A stretch of 64,000 bases of DNA. Origin: Harriotta raleighana. Its lineage: Eukaryota. Both the position numbers and the translations under genes were made by a program. Under the pieces are notes generated by a model. That model had not been told where the DNA came from, did not search any database, and saw nothing but the letters and a program-made list of their open reading frames with translations. Below are positions 37,501-51,480 of this stretch, one piece after another (position 1 is the stretch's first letter; each line of letters opens with the position of its first letter). The stretch is taken from NCBI GenBank assembly GCA_050575255.1, contig JBNZDD010013681.1, forward strand, positions 2,648,681 through 2,712,680, written 5' to 3'.

Positions 37501-37821
37501 ATAATAATCCATGCATTTGATATAGCGCTTTTCATGCCTTCTAGACTTTTCAAAGCGGTTCACAGAATATACTGCAGAGTGAACTGACTGCGTATATATG
37601 GGCGAAACGTGGCAGCCAAATGCACACAATTGCAACATTGGTCCCACAAACAATGGTGGGTTGCAATGACCAATTTAGTATTTTTTTCTGAGTGATTATT
37701 ATCAGGCATGAATGTGTGTGTGGAGTAAGGAAACTTGCCCAAGGTTTCGTCCTGACCTGCTGGGAATCGAACCCGCTTGTAAGGGGAGTGCTCTAACCAC
37801 TGAGCCTCCGAACTCCTCCAT
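37501..37821 (-). mobile_element. Family A SINE, full length
   Basis: Tail, central domain and head (gtgctctaaccactgagc) on the minus strand. Confidence 0.85.
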
Positions 37822-38229
37822 ATAACAGGGACGTGGAGGATAAGATGAAAAGGTAGGTGCTGAACGCACCTGTAGTGACAATTGAAAACACCTGCCTTAA
37901 GAATAGGATCATTATTCTTCCATTGCCTATTTACAAATAACTATTTTCTTGCTTATTTTTATTTTGAATTGAGCATAGTTTTGATCAGTAGCATGAATTG
38001 TATTAATCCAAATCTGTTTTGAATTAAATTGAGTTTCAATCATTAAATTCCAAATCTTGAATAAGGAAAATAACATTTTAAAGTTTTGCATATGAAGTGT
38101 ATGATTGTGAGATAGCTTAATGCACCAGAGAGCTGATTATCTGCACTAATTGGTACTGGCTCCTTTGCAAGTAAAAAGACAGGATAGATAATTGGACACA
38201 GTGCTAAAAAAAAAGTTCACAAATGTGCA

Positions 38230-38760
38230 CACAACGAAAAGAGATCACTTAGTCCAACCAGGCCATGATAGTGTTTATACTATCCACCCATTCCTTTATT
38301 CTCTCACATATCCTTCTACTCCTCTCTCCATCAAGTGAAAATCTTGCTTCCTCTTGAAAGCATCTACACTATCTGATTTAACCGCTACTTCAGGCACACA
38401 ATCTCACCACACTTCACTGCATGAAGTAGTTCCTCCTAAATTCTCTTTTAGGTCCTCTACTTGCTATCTGTTTTTTGTGTCCTCTGATTTTGCACTGCCC
38501 GACTCGTGGAAATAATCTTTATCATTCAAACCATTTTATAATTTTAAATACTTCTATTAGATTCCCCCCCTCTTCAATGTCTCTTAAGGACGTCCTCCTG
38601 ACGTGAAACGCGCTCTATAAGTGTAATTTTGTTGTTGTTGTTGTTAAGGGAAAGGCCCAACTTATCCATAGTATTATGCCAGCCCTGGGATCATCCTCAT
38701 AAACCTAAGCTGTACTTTTTCCATCACTGATGTATCCTTCCTAACTGTGCTAATCAAAAC
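38230..38760 (-). mobile_element. Degenerate CR1 3' fragment
   Basis: ttataattttaaatacttctattagattcccccc and ctaagctgtactttttcc CR1-like text. Confidence 0.5.
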
Positions 38761-40673
38761 TTTGTTCCATCTGTACTGATACTGACTGTTGTATGATTAT
38801 GCCCATCCTTTCCCTTGGTATATCAATCAATCAAAATTACATTTATATAGCGTCTTTCATATCAGGAGGATGTCCCAAGGTATAGCTGGGTCAGTACGTC
38901 CCCAGAAACCGTGAGTGTCATGTAGAACTTTACATACACATATAAATATTTTGTGTTGGTTTCTCTCTGCCCCATGTGGATCAATGGATAATTGTGCAGC
39001 TATATGATATTCTATTGTACAATGTCTTGCAATTATACCAATAAATTTGCACAAACCCAAAGTTTTTTTTCATTAGGTTACTATGTTTGTCATTAAAGCT
39101 AATCTTATGCAATAAGTGCTCTGTTCATTTTTCATGATGTCATTTTGGTTATTGTTTTGACCTTCCATATGGGAAGGTAAAAGGTAAAAAAGATTGGTCG
39201 ACCCAGAGATTCTTCTCCTTCCACACACTAAACAATTTATGTCAGTCTATTTTGTTATAGACTCTAGTCTAGCCACTCAATTGCCTTAAGGACTTCTGCA
39301 TTAATGCTTCCTGATCCCCCAAAGAAATTGAGCAGAATATTCAGCTATCTTCCAACCCTTTACAGATGAAGTGCTTTCCTCTCTCTCTCCCCTCTTCCAG
39401 CAGCAGAAGGATCAATCCTCCGAGAATTAATGTCCCTCTATGTACCAATATGTGACAGTCACATGAACAGAAATGATAGACAGGCTTAAAAATAATCGTG
39501 TCCACTGTAGTAACATGCAAGTGAGGGGGTCTGGATTCTGTTATGTAACTGGAAATAGAGCTGTCATTTAGGCAAGTTAATTATAAACATACTGTATACA
39601 TGACCACCGAATGCTCTGCATTTTGTTTATAAAATATCACGCTGAAGCCAGAGACGCCATAATGGGTGAAAGTCATAGCCACAAATATACATTTACTAAT
39701 GGGCAATGTAATTTAAATGACCCAAAAAATTATAGATACAAACATTCATGACACCTCCAGGTAATTCCTAAGAATGTATTATTCTTCATTATTATTTAAA
39801 AAATTGGGACTTCTTGTATTGTTCATTTCTAATATTTTGCCTCAATTAACTGCTGTTGTTTGGATATCCTAACCTGAAGTAAGAAATCTCTAAATATCAA
39901 GATTTAACAACTAATGTATGTGCAAACCATTCCCTCCTAAATTACACTTGGGTGAGTTTTAGAAAACTAGTATTTGAATAAAGTAGATTTCTTTCCATTT
40001 CATATTGAATTGCTAAATAAATTATGTAAACAAAATTCAAATTCAAACCCATCATTTGGGGAATTTGTTGCAGAATTTATTTCTAACCCAGCTAAAATCT
40101 GTTTTTAAAAAATCCCGTTTTAAACATTTTTATATATGGCGACTCTTTCCTTTGGAAAATAGTTTGTACAGTGCACTTTGTTTTGGGACCTCAATTCTCC
40201 ACTTTATTACCGTGATACACAATGTAAAAATATCGGACTGGGGACGAGGACTGAGACTGGTGTTAGTTAGATCTAGGAGCTAGATCTATCAACAGCACTT
40301 AAGTGCTGTCTGAATGGCCTTTCAATTTCTTTGGTTCTATGAGGGAAACCCATAGAATGTTTTACCATTCTCAAATTGTGTGAGACAGTAATAAATAAGG
40401 CAAATGGGACGCTGGGCTGTATTGGCAAAGCAGTTGAGTTTAGATCCTACTCCAGAAGTATAGTGCTCTGGTCAGGGCATATGGCCTACAAGAGCAATGA
40501 GGTTGATTCCCATTGTTAGAGGAAATTAGCTTTTTAGCAATAATTAGACAAGCTTCAGTCTTGAAAGATCTCAAAGAAGACCAATGGAGATATTCAAAAA
40601 TTTAAATGTGATTGAACCAATAAATCAATCCAAAACAATATACAGTATTATGATGCTCTAATACACAAGAACA

Positions 40674-40981
40674 GGAGTCCTACAGCTCAGTGGTTAGAGC
40701 ACTCATCTTACAAGTGAGAGACTTGGGTTCGATTCCAGGCAGGACGAAACCATGGGCAAGTTTCCTTACTTCACACGCCTAATAATAATCCCTCAAAAAA
40801 ACCAATAATAATTTGGTTACTTCAATCCACAACTGTTTGTGGGACACTGCTGTGTGCAATTGGCTGCCACATTTCGTTCGCAAATGTGCGGTCAATTCAC
40901 TTTACAGTACATTCTGTAAAGTACTTTGAGACATCTAGAAGATGTGAAAAAGCTCTATATCAAATGCAAGGATTATTATTT
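40674..40981 (+). mobile_element. Family A SINE, full length
   Basis: A and B boxes (gggttcgattcc), body and tail. Confidence 0.88.
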
Positions 40982-40996
40982 TGAACACAAAGATAT

Positions 40997-41380
40997 ACAA
41001 CAACAACAACAAAAAATTACATTTATAGAGCGCCTTTCACATCGGGAGGATGTCCGAAGGCGCTGAACAGTCAGGTTGGGACCTGAGCAAGGGAGAGGGG
41101 AGGTGGGAGAGAGTTAGGAGGGAAGGGAGAGAGTTGGGAAGACAGCAGAAGGAGGCAAGGGACGAAGCGAGGCAAAGGATCTGCAGGATGGAGTTTCAGA
41201 GTGTGGGGGCAGAGATGCTGAAAGCCTGTCCACCGATGTAGGGCGGGTCGGGCGGGGGACATGGAGCAGACTGGAGCCAGCTGAACGGAGGGTGCTTGCA
41301 GGTTCATAGTAGGTCAGAGAGATAGGAAGGGGGGCAAGGCTATGAATGGCCTTGAATGTGAGGACGAGGATCATATGTTC
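40997..41380 (-). mobile_element. L2 LINE 3' end
   Basis: (AAC)n tail and peptide ILVLTFKAIHSLAP...TLRSAGSSLLHVP. Confidence 0.82.
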
Positions 41381-42699
41381 CAAAAAAAATTTCAGGACAG
41401 TTTTTCTTTACAGAGGGTAATTAATGCCAAGTACAGTTTTCCAAGAAGGATAATATTTATCCATCCAACAAGTGTTACATCTGAGATTCCTTCAGATTGC
41501 ACTATTGTATTAAGATTGTAGGAATTCCAAAGCCTGTGAAGGAAAGATTATCAATCTATCTTCCACAGGTTTCTGATCCTATCTTCTTAACATTCCATTA
41601 AGATGTTTGATGTTTTGGCCCAATTTAGAAGACATGCTTCAAGAAACTTATTGCATTTTTTATACCGAAGGATTTGTAAGACTTTAATGCAATCATTACC
41701 CACTCTTTAAGATGCATATCTTAAATGCAAGCCGTATTTAGAAAGAGTTTTACTTTTAAGGTATGTGACAATTCCCCTTTAGGTGATAAATAAATAAATA
41801 GATACAAGTGAGAGTCAAACATTGTACAACAACAAAATTACATTGTCACTGGCACTATTCTCACAAACAGTTAATCAGGGATTTCTTCACTTCACCTGTA
41901 AAAGTCTGACATCTATGGTTTTGCATCAGAACTGGGATTTCGCTTGTTGAATCCCAACTCTCTGTTCTGATGCCAGGCCTTTGTCTTTTTATTTCTTACA
42001 TTGATTTCATAGATTAAAGCAAAGTAAACAAGATCTGGTGATTCAATCTCATTGATATTTACAGGCCCAGGCCGATAAAACTTTTGAATCTTAAGATTCA
42101 AGGCGTATATACTATATACAAATATATACTTGTTTCTATTGAGATGGAGAGCAAATCTTACTCCAGACACAGGCTGTTTGATTATTGTTGATTGATAGCT
42201 GGCATATTTAAGTCTTTTGAACTTCCATGAACTCAGCAACCACCTTGCTTCGTTCTTCCACTGAAGCCTTTTAACATGAAGTGGTACATTAAGTCACTAG
42301 TGCTCCACTAACCCACAATTCATCTTTCTCCTTGATCTGCAACACCTTCAGGATCTTTAGACTTGGGTAATGAAATCATTGCAACTTGTAATAAAATGCA
42401 CTTTCTTTGTGTGAAGCTGACAGCTGTATCCCTTTCTAACAGGGAAACCTCCAAGTGAACTAGACAACATTCAACTGAATACAAATCACCTGTCTATTAT
42501 TTTTATATTATGCATGCCATAAAAATATTCTCTTTCAGTGCATTCACTGCTGGGTATCAATTTTCATTTTTTTTGTTTTAACATATTTTGCCTTTGATGT
42601 TCTACATCATCTTGAGGATGTTGTCATGACAATATTTTGCTTCAGCCTTCAGTGAGATGGACTGTTTGGTACAAGTGATACAGCAAAGAACAGAGGACA

Positions 42700-43130
42700 A
42701 TGAAGTGGAAAACGTACTGGGATTAATTTTTTAAGAGAATGCAATAGAAACACTTAATGGTACGAAAGTCATACAAATCTCCACGCTCTGATGGTTTCCA
42801 TCCCTGGGGTATTAGAAGAAATGAATGAAGACATTTTATCTGCATTTGTTATAATCTTTCAAAACTCTATGGATTCGAGAATTCCAATCCTTTCTGTGTC
42901 GGAAGGTAGCAAATATATATTCAGTTTTTGGCACTCAATCTTAGGAAGGCGATTTTAGCCTTGGAGGACATCCAGTAATGGTTTACCAGACTAATACCTC
43001 GGATGACGGAATTTAACTATGAGGCTTGATATGGATTTATTTCGAATTGTTTTAAGATGAAATGATGATTCAAGTCTTTAAAATGATTAAAGGATTCCAA
43101 GGTGGGGGATAACATCACTCTCTGGTAAAG
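42700..43130 (+). mobile_element. Degenerate CR1 ORF2 fragments
   Basis: cagtttttggcactcaatcttaggaagg...ttggagg...tttaccagactaatacct...aactatgagg is CR1 C-terminal text. Confidence 0.55.
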
Positions 43131-43152
43131 GAATCCAAAAGCTTTTACAATG

Positions 43153-43186
43153 CGTGTGTATGTGTGTGTGTGTGTGTGTGTGTGTC
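43153..43186. repeat. (GT)n microsatellite
   Basis: Direct reading. Confidence 0.9.
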
Positions 43187-43587
43187 TGTGAACATGCATG
43201 CAAACAGAAATGTGCCTATAGATGGTGAGAGTAAGTCTCCCATTTTTTGTGATTATATAATGTTATCTTCTCTGGTGATTGAAGATTGAACGTTTCATAA
43301 ATATTCATTTTATATTCGATGAAGAGATTTATCTGGAATCTTATTAGTAATCTGTTCAGGTTCAGTAAGAAACCAATTTTCTACCATCCGAATCATTCAT
43401 AAGAACAAACAAAATGTCCTAATAATCTATAAACTGGTGAGAGGCAGAATCCCCCAGTCATCATAGTTTCTGGTGAGAAATAGCTGTGTTGCAGTGATTC
43501 AAAACACTGAATCTAAAGTCAGATTTAAAATTATTTTAAATAGATGGTCACCATAGCCAGATTTGCTCTGTCGTGAAATGTGAAGTA

Positions 43588-44534
43588 CAGTTAACCCTCA
43601 TCGATCGCGGGGGTTATGTTTCTGGAAAACTGCGCACTCAACAAAATCGCATTGGAGAAGCTTAAGACGTAATGGGAAAAGGAGGATTAGGGGAATCCAG
43701 TCACAGGCTTCCCATGTCAAGCCTCCAACACATCCGATGCAAGGTACCTACTGAGGTGGGCTAAAGCTGGCTGGCCCGCCCCTCTCTATCCCCCCCCCCC
43801 CCCCCCCCCACTCTTCCTGCTCTCGTCTCTCCTACCACCTGGGAAGTAAGTGGGCAAATCAGGGCAGCCCGGGAGGGAGGCAGAAAAAAATTGGGGAGAG
43901 CGGCGGGCAGGGGAGGAAACAGAGAACCGCTCAGAGGCATGGGGGGGGGGGAACTCACTGAGGTGCAGGCCAGCAAGACACTTGGGAATGCGGGGGACTT
44001 GCTGAGGTGCGGGAGAGAGAGCCGATCGGGGATGCGGGTTGGTGGGGGTCTCGCTGAGGTGCGAGCCACTCAGAGAGTGCTGGGGACGGGAGACACAGAA
44101 AGGTTACAGCACTTTGTTATCACTTTATTGCTTTAATATAAAAAAAACAATAAAACAACAGGGTAGATTAGTCTACATTGCTGTACGATTCCTGTCTCTC
44201 TCTGTCTGTCTCTTGTTTACAATGCAACGCAATAAAATTCTCCAAGGCCGAAGCGTTATTCTATTTACCCAGAATGCATTGCACACGGGGCTTCGGCTTT
44301 AGTCGGGATCTGCCGGCCTCGTCAAAAATGCGCATGTGTGTTGGACCAGCCAGCCGGGGAATCATCAGATTTAGTCAGGAGCTATCTGCGTCTTCACCAG
44401 TGTGCATGCGAGCGGGGGCCAGCCAGCGCGTATACACAAGTTTTATGAGCGCTACACAAAAAAGTGATGTTTTTGTTTTGTGACGTATATTTAAATTCGC
44501 AATCGATAAAGTCACCTTCGACGAGGGCTAACTG
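43588..44534. mobile_element. Tigger-like non-autonomous DNA transposon
   Basis: TA-flanked TIRs CAGTTAACCCTC and GAGGGCTAACTG. Subterminal regions match 5882-6619 in the opposite orientation. Confidence 0.82.
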
Positions 44535-44587
44535 TATTGGTTTGGAGCCAACATTAATGAAGAGTGAAGTATTGTATTGAAACCAAC

Positions 44588-44813
44588 ATGTTTGAATCCA
44601 GGCAAGGCGAAACCTTGGGCAAGTTTCCTTACTCCACACGCCTAATAATAATCCCTCAAAAAAAAAACTGTCTGTGGGACACTTCTGTGTGTAATTGGCT
44701 GCCACGTTTTGTCCACAACTATGCATTCATTTCCCGTTGCAGTATATTCTGTGAGACATCTAGAAGATATGAAAAGTGCTATATCAAATACAAGGATTAT
44801 TATTATTATTATT
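44588..44813 (+). mobile_element. Family A SINE (5' truncated)
   Basis: Runs from the B box to the (ATT)n tail. Confidence 0.82.
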
Positions 44814-46229
44814 AGTTGTTGTGACAAGCAGGAGTATGGCATTCAACGCATCAAGTCTTCTGGCAAAACTGTTTACCAACTCTGTTCATGTGATATTTTT
44901 CAGAGTTAATGCTCAGTGGAATAATATGGTATATTAATAAATAATTAAAAAGCCTGTTCAGATGAACAGATCTGGCCGCTCCTATCACTCAGTGGGTATC
45001 AACCTATTTCATGTCCCCCGCCCACCATTGCAGTCAGACTTTTCAGTATATCTGTCCCCACATTCTGGAACTCCAGAGTAGTACCTTTGACATTCTTCTT
45101 CCCCAGCCTTCTTCACAGACTGTCTCAAGACCTTTCTCTTTGTCTGCGTTTTCAGTCATTTTTTCTCCCCAAAACCTCAGAACTATGTCAGCCCCTGTGG
45201 TTGAGTAAATTAGCTTTTTTCAGATCATGTTCGACAAACACAGCTTTTCAATAAGCGTCATGTGGAGAATAATTGTTGATCCTCATGTGAGATTGGTTCG
45301 AATGTGGGTTGTGACCCAGCCTGCTTGCTCTATAGCATTCTTGGATTACGTGTCCAGTTGCTATGTGTCTTAATGTCAGCAAATTCAGGCAATGCAGATG
45401 AGCCCTTGAGTTTCTGATGAATACTGAAGGCAATGTGACTATGTCAAATTGTATGTGCACTAACTTGACCTGAGGGCAAATTTGCAAACTAAAATCTATA
45501 GAGTGCCAGAGATGCACAAACGTTTTCTGATTGCACAAAGAGAATATTCAATGAACTCCATGTACAGTACTTCATGTTTTGGGATACCACAGTCTTTTGC
45601 ACTGCTCTGTGTATGCAAAAATGTGCAATATAACTCTGCATAGCCAGCTTTGCTGCAGTGTGACGTTGGCATCTAAAAAGCACTCTGGAGGCATGAGCAC
45701 TGGTAATCACACTCGTGGCATAAACAAAAGCACCCCAGGAGATCGCCTGTATGGCAATCAGAGCCCTGAGACTTCAGCTCAGACCTGAACCTTATCAAAA
45801 CCAGTCTCAGGACTATTGTGTGTGCACCAAAGAATTCCCTGGATAATTTGATTTTGTCAGCAATGATGCAGTGTGGAGCTTTTGAAACCCCAGCACCTGG
45901 GAAAGGCAGTCATTTCTATTCTGATAACAATGTTACACATACAATGCTGTACCTGCGGCTAATGCACCTTGACACTTGCGAATTTAAAATGCTTGGAGAG
46001 CAGCAGCCACAGGTAAACGCACGGCCAAACATGAGCCATCGCCTTTTAGGGAGAGATGAAGGGAGAAATGGAGGAGCATACCTAGATTTTTCAACACTGC
46101 TCAAGAAAAATCTCTCGCCTCAGATAAAAAACTGTACTTTTTAAAGAACGGTCAAAGGTGTTTGCGCTAATTTCCCTTTGTCCAACCCTAAACATCCCTC
46201 ATGCTTGAATTGGAATGCTTCATGTACGC

Positions 46230-46446
46230 ATAATAATCCTTGCATTTGATATAGCGCTTTTCATGTCTTCTAGACATCTCAGAGCTCTTCACAGAATACA
46301 CTGTAAAATGAATTGACTGTATATTTGTGGTAGCAATACGGCAGCCAATTACATGCAGCAGTGTCCCACAAACAGTCGTGGATTGAAATGAACAATTTTT
46401 TTGGAGGGATTACTATTATTAGGCATTTGGAGTAAAAAAAACTTGC
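46230..46446 (-). mobile_element. Family A SINE (head missing)
   Basis: Reverse complement of the body and tail. Confidence 0.82.
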
Positions 46447-46765
46447 ATGTAGAGTAAGGAAATCAATTCTGGTACCCTGTTCTGTTCATTAATTTAAAGA
46501 TATACTTCCTGGAGTTGATCCAAGAATTGCCGTTGCAATCCTCAACCTGCTCCTTCTTCTGCTATCTCAGTGCATCTGAAAGTATTCTTTGAGATTACTG
46601 TTTTAATCTTATTTGAAATCTTATATGCTTCTATGAGCATGAGCTAGTTACAGTATCTCCTTTCAAGACTGAAGAACCAAGCTTCTCAAATCATTGCTCA
46701 TAGCTCATTTTTTCTACCACTGGGGATGATTCTCTTTGTTCTCTTGTGGACCTGGGCGTCTTATA

Positions 46766-47288
46766 CAATTAATCCTCGCTTAACGTCATAGTTGTGTTCT
46801 TGAAAAGTGTGTCTTTAAGTGAAACAACGTTAAGTGAACTCATTTTCCCCATTAGAATGCATGTGTAAACTGGAGTTAGATTCTTTTGGACATTTTTCAT
46901 GAAAATTTTCTTTAAAAAATTTATAAGTTGAAATAGATGTACATTCATAAATGTAAAATATACATTAAAAAATATAAATTTAAATAACATAGCACTCATC
47001 TGAGATGGTTGTGGAGCTTGCTTCTAGAGGTGAGTTGGGGTGGTGCAGCACTCTACGTATATCAACTGTCCGTTCTCCGGCTTCTAAACGGGTTAAAACA
47101 GCTAATTTCATTTCGAGAGTAATAGGTTTCCTATTTTTTTTGCTATCAGACTCACAACTGTCACTTCCTGGGCATTTTTGACTCTTGTTTATAGAGGATT
47201 GTACAAATAAATCATGATAAAAAATTAGCCATATCACACCCGCGTACCGACTTAAAATGGCGACATTAAGACTGAGGATGGACGCTGT
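46766..47288 (-). mobile_element. Tigger-type transposon deletion derivative with transposase N-terminal HTH remnant
   Basis: Imperfect TIR (aatcctcgcttaacgtc / gacattaag...gaggat). Minus-strand peptide KKNRKPITLEMKLAVLTRLEAGE resembles the CENP-B/Tigger HTH-psq start. Confidence 0.72.
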
Positions 47289-50234
47289 GTAAAATAAGGT
47301 ACGCTATCCAAAGTACAGTAGTATATGTTTCCATTTTGGGGGGAACCTTCAAAAAAATGGTTGCTACTTCCAGCAAATACACAGTAACAGCATTTGACAT
47401 CAATACCACTAGGGTGTTTTGAGATGTTTCAGCATTGTAGGCACAATGTCAAAAACAGTGATCAATACTATTTGCTTTATCCAGTGTCACCTAATGGTGA
47501 AGGAAGCAATAAACAGCGCACTGGCAGAAACATCTCTTATCCTTGATTTAGAAGATAACCCTACCGTCATATTTTCGTGCTCTTTGAAGGAGAGCTGGAG
47601 GGGGGTTGACTTTAGTGCTAAGGGAAGGTAGTAGAAAAAATTCAACAAAGTTATGCTAAGCGAGCCTTGTGAATTTTTTAGCAGCTAAGGGCAGATGTGG
47701 ACAAGAGAGAAGCAATAAATAATACATATTGGGACTACCAGGAGGCATTTGATATGGACCCTCATAGTGTTACAAGGGATACGTGAGGGAAACGGCAAAT
47801 TTGATTGATGGGCCAGTTAAATAATTATAGCATGGTATGACTGGAAAAAGTATCATGTTCAAACAGGTTCAAACAGGGAACTAGTTGAGTATCCAATAAA
47901 TTAATTTATTTTGATGCCTTTCAAATTTTTGTTAAACGTAACTATCAAATCTCCCTTTTCTTGCTAGCCTGTGTGTGCGTGCGCGTGTGTGTGTGTGTAA
48001 AACAAATTACTGCTACTGGATCCACTCTCTGAGTCAGAAGTTGAAAGAATTAGAAATGCCTGGGATTGTTCTTCCTCTGCTTTTCCTTGTACACTGACTC
48101 CTCCCCACAACAGTGAGCCTAAGTTTGCAGACATAATGGGTAGAGCAACAACCATTGAGGTGGAGAGCTTGCAGCCCTGTGATCGTGCACAGTGTGTCAC
48201 ACAGCAAACACTGAGACCCTGCCTCATTTATTTCTTAATCATTGTGATTCATAAACCTAAATGAAGGCAACAGCAACAATTTCCATTTGCACAGCACCAC
48301 TCAAGCAGGGGCTAGCGTCCTAGAGGCCTTGACAGTGATGGAGCACATTGCCAAGCTGGGGGGACAAGGGAGTTGACTGTAGACACTGTCGAAGAGGGAG
48401 GTCTTCAGATGCTCTGCTTTTTGCATCAACCTATTATTCTGCTTTAAAAGATTAGAGATGAGCTGAAATAAAGCCTCCCCCAAAGCAGAGATGATTCCAG
48501 AAGCAAATCCACCATCTACACTTCAACACCTTGTGTTGTAATCACATAGTTTTTTGCATTGCTATTCACGTCAAGTTATACAACAACAACTTTCACTTAT
48601 ATCATGCTCTCCACACAGTATAGGGTCTCAGAGCGCTGAACAGTGGCGGAGACTGACTCCGAGCCAGGAGAGTGGATGGTGGAGAGGTGACTGTTAAGCA
48701 TGGTCGAAAGAGTTGTATGATTATAATCTGATCATGCTTTCAGTCATTTTTTCCATTCTCACTCAACTCGGCTTCCGTCTCCCAGCTTGGGGGCCCAGTC
48801 AGAATTATTGAAGGCTTTGAGACATTTTATGAATATAAATTTTATTGTACAGGAAGACGTAGGTCATGAATCCTGTGCTAATAGCAATGGGCATGGATTT
48901 CAGTATAAGTAACTAATGGGTAAGAGGAGGTTTTAATGCTTAGACTTCAAGTGCCTACCTGACCTTTCTGATTCCAATGATTCAAAAGAGCTAGCTCTCC
49001 CATCAGGTCTTTTGTGTTGGCATGAATTTAATCAGTAATACTAAACTAGCGAACAGAGCTTTCTGCCTGCATTTGAGCATAGATTTGCAGAGCTCTCTTT
49101 GCTGCCTAAGCAGTGCATCACCTTGGTTGCTTGTTTGCATCTTAACATTGTTGTTAGTGCGTAATTAGAAAGATAAGGTTGAAGAAAGATGCAAGTAATT
49201 AAAATGGAGACTAATATCCTTTCCTAGAATACAGATCAGCGATGTGAAGAAAACTACGAATGAGAAATTGAGACATCACATGTGAAAATGTTCAGTATTG
49301 CTTGTGGAATAAACTGAAATAGAATGTGAATAATGCAACAAATAATGCGTTTGAACAAAAGACAGCATTACAGATCCTCTAGAGAGAGATGAGAGTTGAA
49401 TGTGAAAGAGTTCACATATTTCAATTCTAAAATGATTGAATTTGTAGGAATGAGATGGCAGTGTAGGAAACATACTTTTGATATATTATCACGTATTTAA
49501 GACGTCATAAAGTTCTTCACAGAATATACTAAATTGATTGTATATTTTGCTTGCAAAATTTGATAAGGCGCTGTATCAAATGCGAGCATTATTATTATCA
49601 TCCAGTGTATAAGCAGAATAGATTGAATCTTTCTGCATTTATTATTTTCTTTTCTGATTATTGACAAGTTAACCTTGTCCCCATTTTAACTCTGGGGAGA
49701 AATTGTTTAACATCCTGTTTTTAATAAAAATGCATTAAAAGATCCTTGAGGGGGAAAAAAAACCAACCACCCCGTTTGGCTCCCAGAATATTGCCATATA
49801 TAACTAATATTAGACTGAAGTTAGCCTATCGATGGTGAACACTGTCTTAAAAATGGAGGACTCTAGAATGGTATTTCCAGTGTAAACTGATTATTCTCAC
49901 AGCCTTAGTTTTTCAGTGTCTTGTTGAATTTATCATAGCAGCTTGACCTTTTGTGGAAGTGGGTAAGTTCTGCCTACTGGCATCAGTAACTGTTCAGTGG
50001 ACTTGCACTGTGTAGCCCTCTGTTTCTCGTCACTAACTATCCAGTGAAACGTCTGCGGTCTTGCATGAAATAAACCTTGAAAGTATGGTAATTCTTAATG
50101 GGTACAGCTCTTTAAAAATTCAATATACTGGAACAACAACAAAATTAAATTTATAGCGTGCCTTTCACGTAAGGAGGACGTCCCAAGGCGCTGAAACAGA
50201 AAAAAGGGTAAATAAACGTTTGGTCAGTTAATCA

Positions 50235-50363
50235 ACAACTTTGCGGGACACTGCTGTGCACAAATGGCTGCCGCATTTCGCCAGTAAATTCATTTTCCAG
50301 TATACAGCGTTTTGAGACGTCTCAAAGACATCATAAGGCGCTATATCAAATGCAACCATTATT
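50235..50363 (+). mobile_element. Family A SINE 3' fragment
   Basis: gggacactgctgtgcacaaatggctgccgc and tail. Confidence 0.65.
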
Positions 50364-51373
50364 AAAATATTAAAAATGTGTATTTTTCTTTCCCATTGCA
50401 GAAGTATTGAAATCATGCTGGGCTTATGAGCTACTATTTTCTGCTGCTGCTCTGCTTCTATTCTATGGCTATGAACAAATATTGACAATGTTCCCACTGA
50501 TATAACAGACAGCTTGATCTCTGTTGTAATTAATCTTTATTTTGGCGTAGTGCATTTGTCAGTTGATTGTAAAACAATGTACTGTACTGCACTGTACTGT
50601 GTGAAATTACTTTATTATTGTGGTTCACTGTTCAACGCTGCCCCCTAGATATTGTCAAAGGAGAACGCATGTTTTACTTTCTTAAAGGGCAGTGTCTACA
50701 TGTTGTACAACCACTTTGTATGCATAGCCCTATATTCGTTGAGCAGAAAATTCTTTCCTATAGGTAGGTCTATTCTTGTGTTGTTTCCTTTCTCACCTGC
50801 GCATAGGTAAAGGTGGGATCAGACGTAACAGCTTTAAGGAGCACTGAAAGAACTGTGAGGATTGTTTCACATCCAGGATTTGGAGTGTGGGAGCAGGAAA
50901 TATATTTTCGATATATCAAACGGCTTATTCAATTTTATGTGTGTAACATGGAAATCAGTTATGAATTTAAACTAAAAATGCTGTAGTTGCCTGGAATGCG
51001 TACGCATGTTTCCCAGAGTATGTCTTATGTTAATATACAGCCACATGCTTTTCCCTTGCTGTTCCTCAGAATGGTAGATGCCACATAACATAGATGATTT
51101 ACCTTAGGCTAAAGGGTTGCAACTGAAAACTGTGAGAGTTGTAACAGAACACAGTGTAAGTGTAATGCGAAGGCTGCTCTTTTTTTTTAGAAGTGAAAGA
51201 GGTCATTGTAAGTTTGCAAATAATAACTGGACAAGTTTTCAGGACCCTTAGGGTACAGAATAATAGTGATGGCTAGACTGGAAGGGAAGAAGTGTCTTTT
51301 AACCAAGTACTCAATGCCAATGCTTGTTGCTTGAGCTTTGACTTCAGTTGGTGGCGAGTCTTCAAAAGCAGTG

Positions 51374-51480
51374 TTTTTTTTAACTAATGTTGAAGGCTGA
51401 CGTTTCTGAGCTGTTTTTAACTGATGTTAAAGACTGATGTTTCTGAGCTGTTTTTAACTGATGTTAAAGGCTGACGTTTC
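51374..51480. repeat. 37-bp tandem repeat, about 2.8 copies
   Basis: The unit tttttaactgatgttaaaggctgacgtttctgagctg recurs with its aact core at 51382, 51419 and 51456. Confidence 0.88.

Noticed and set aside
47964-47998. Possible microexon after cttttcttgctag
   Set aside because: It runs into a GT microsatellite with no convincing donor.
51374-51480. CRISPR-like reading of the 37-bp repeat
   Set aside because: The units are head-to-tail with no spacers, there are no cas genes, and the context is eukaryotic.
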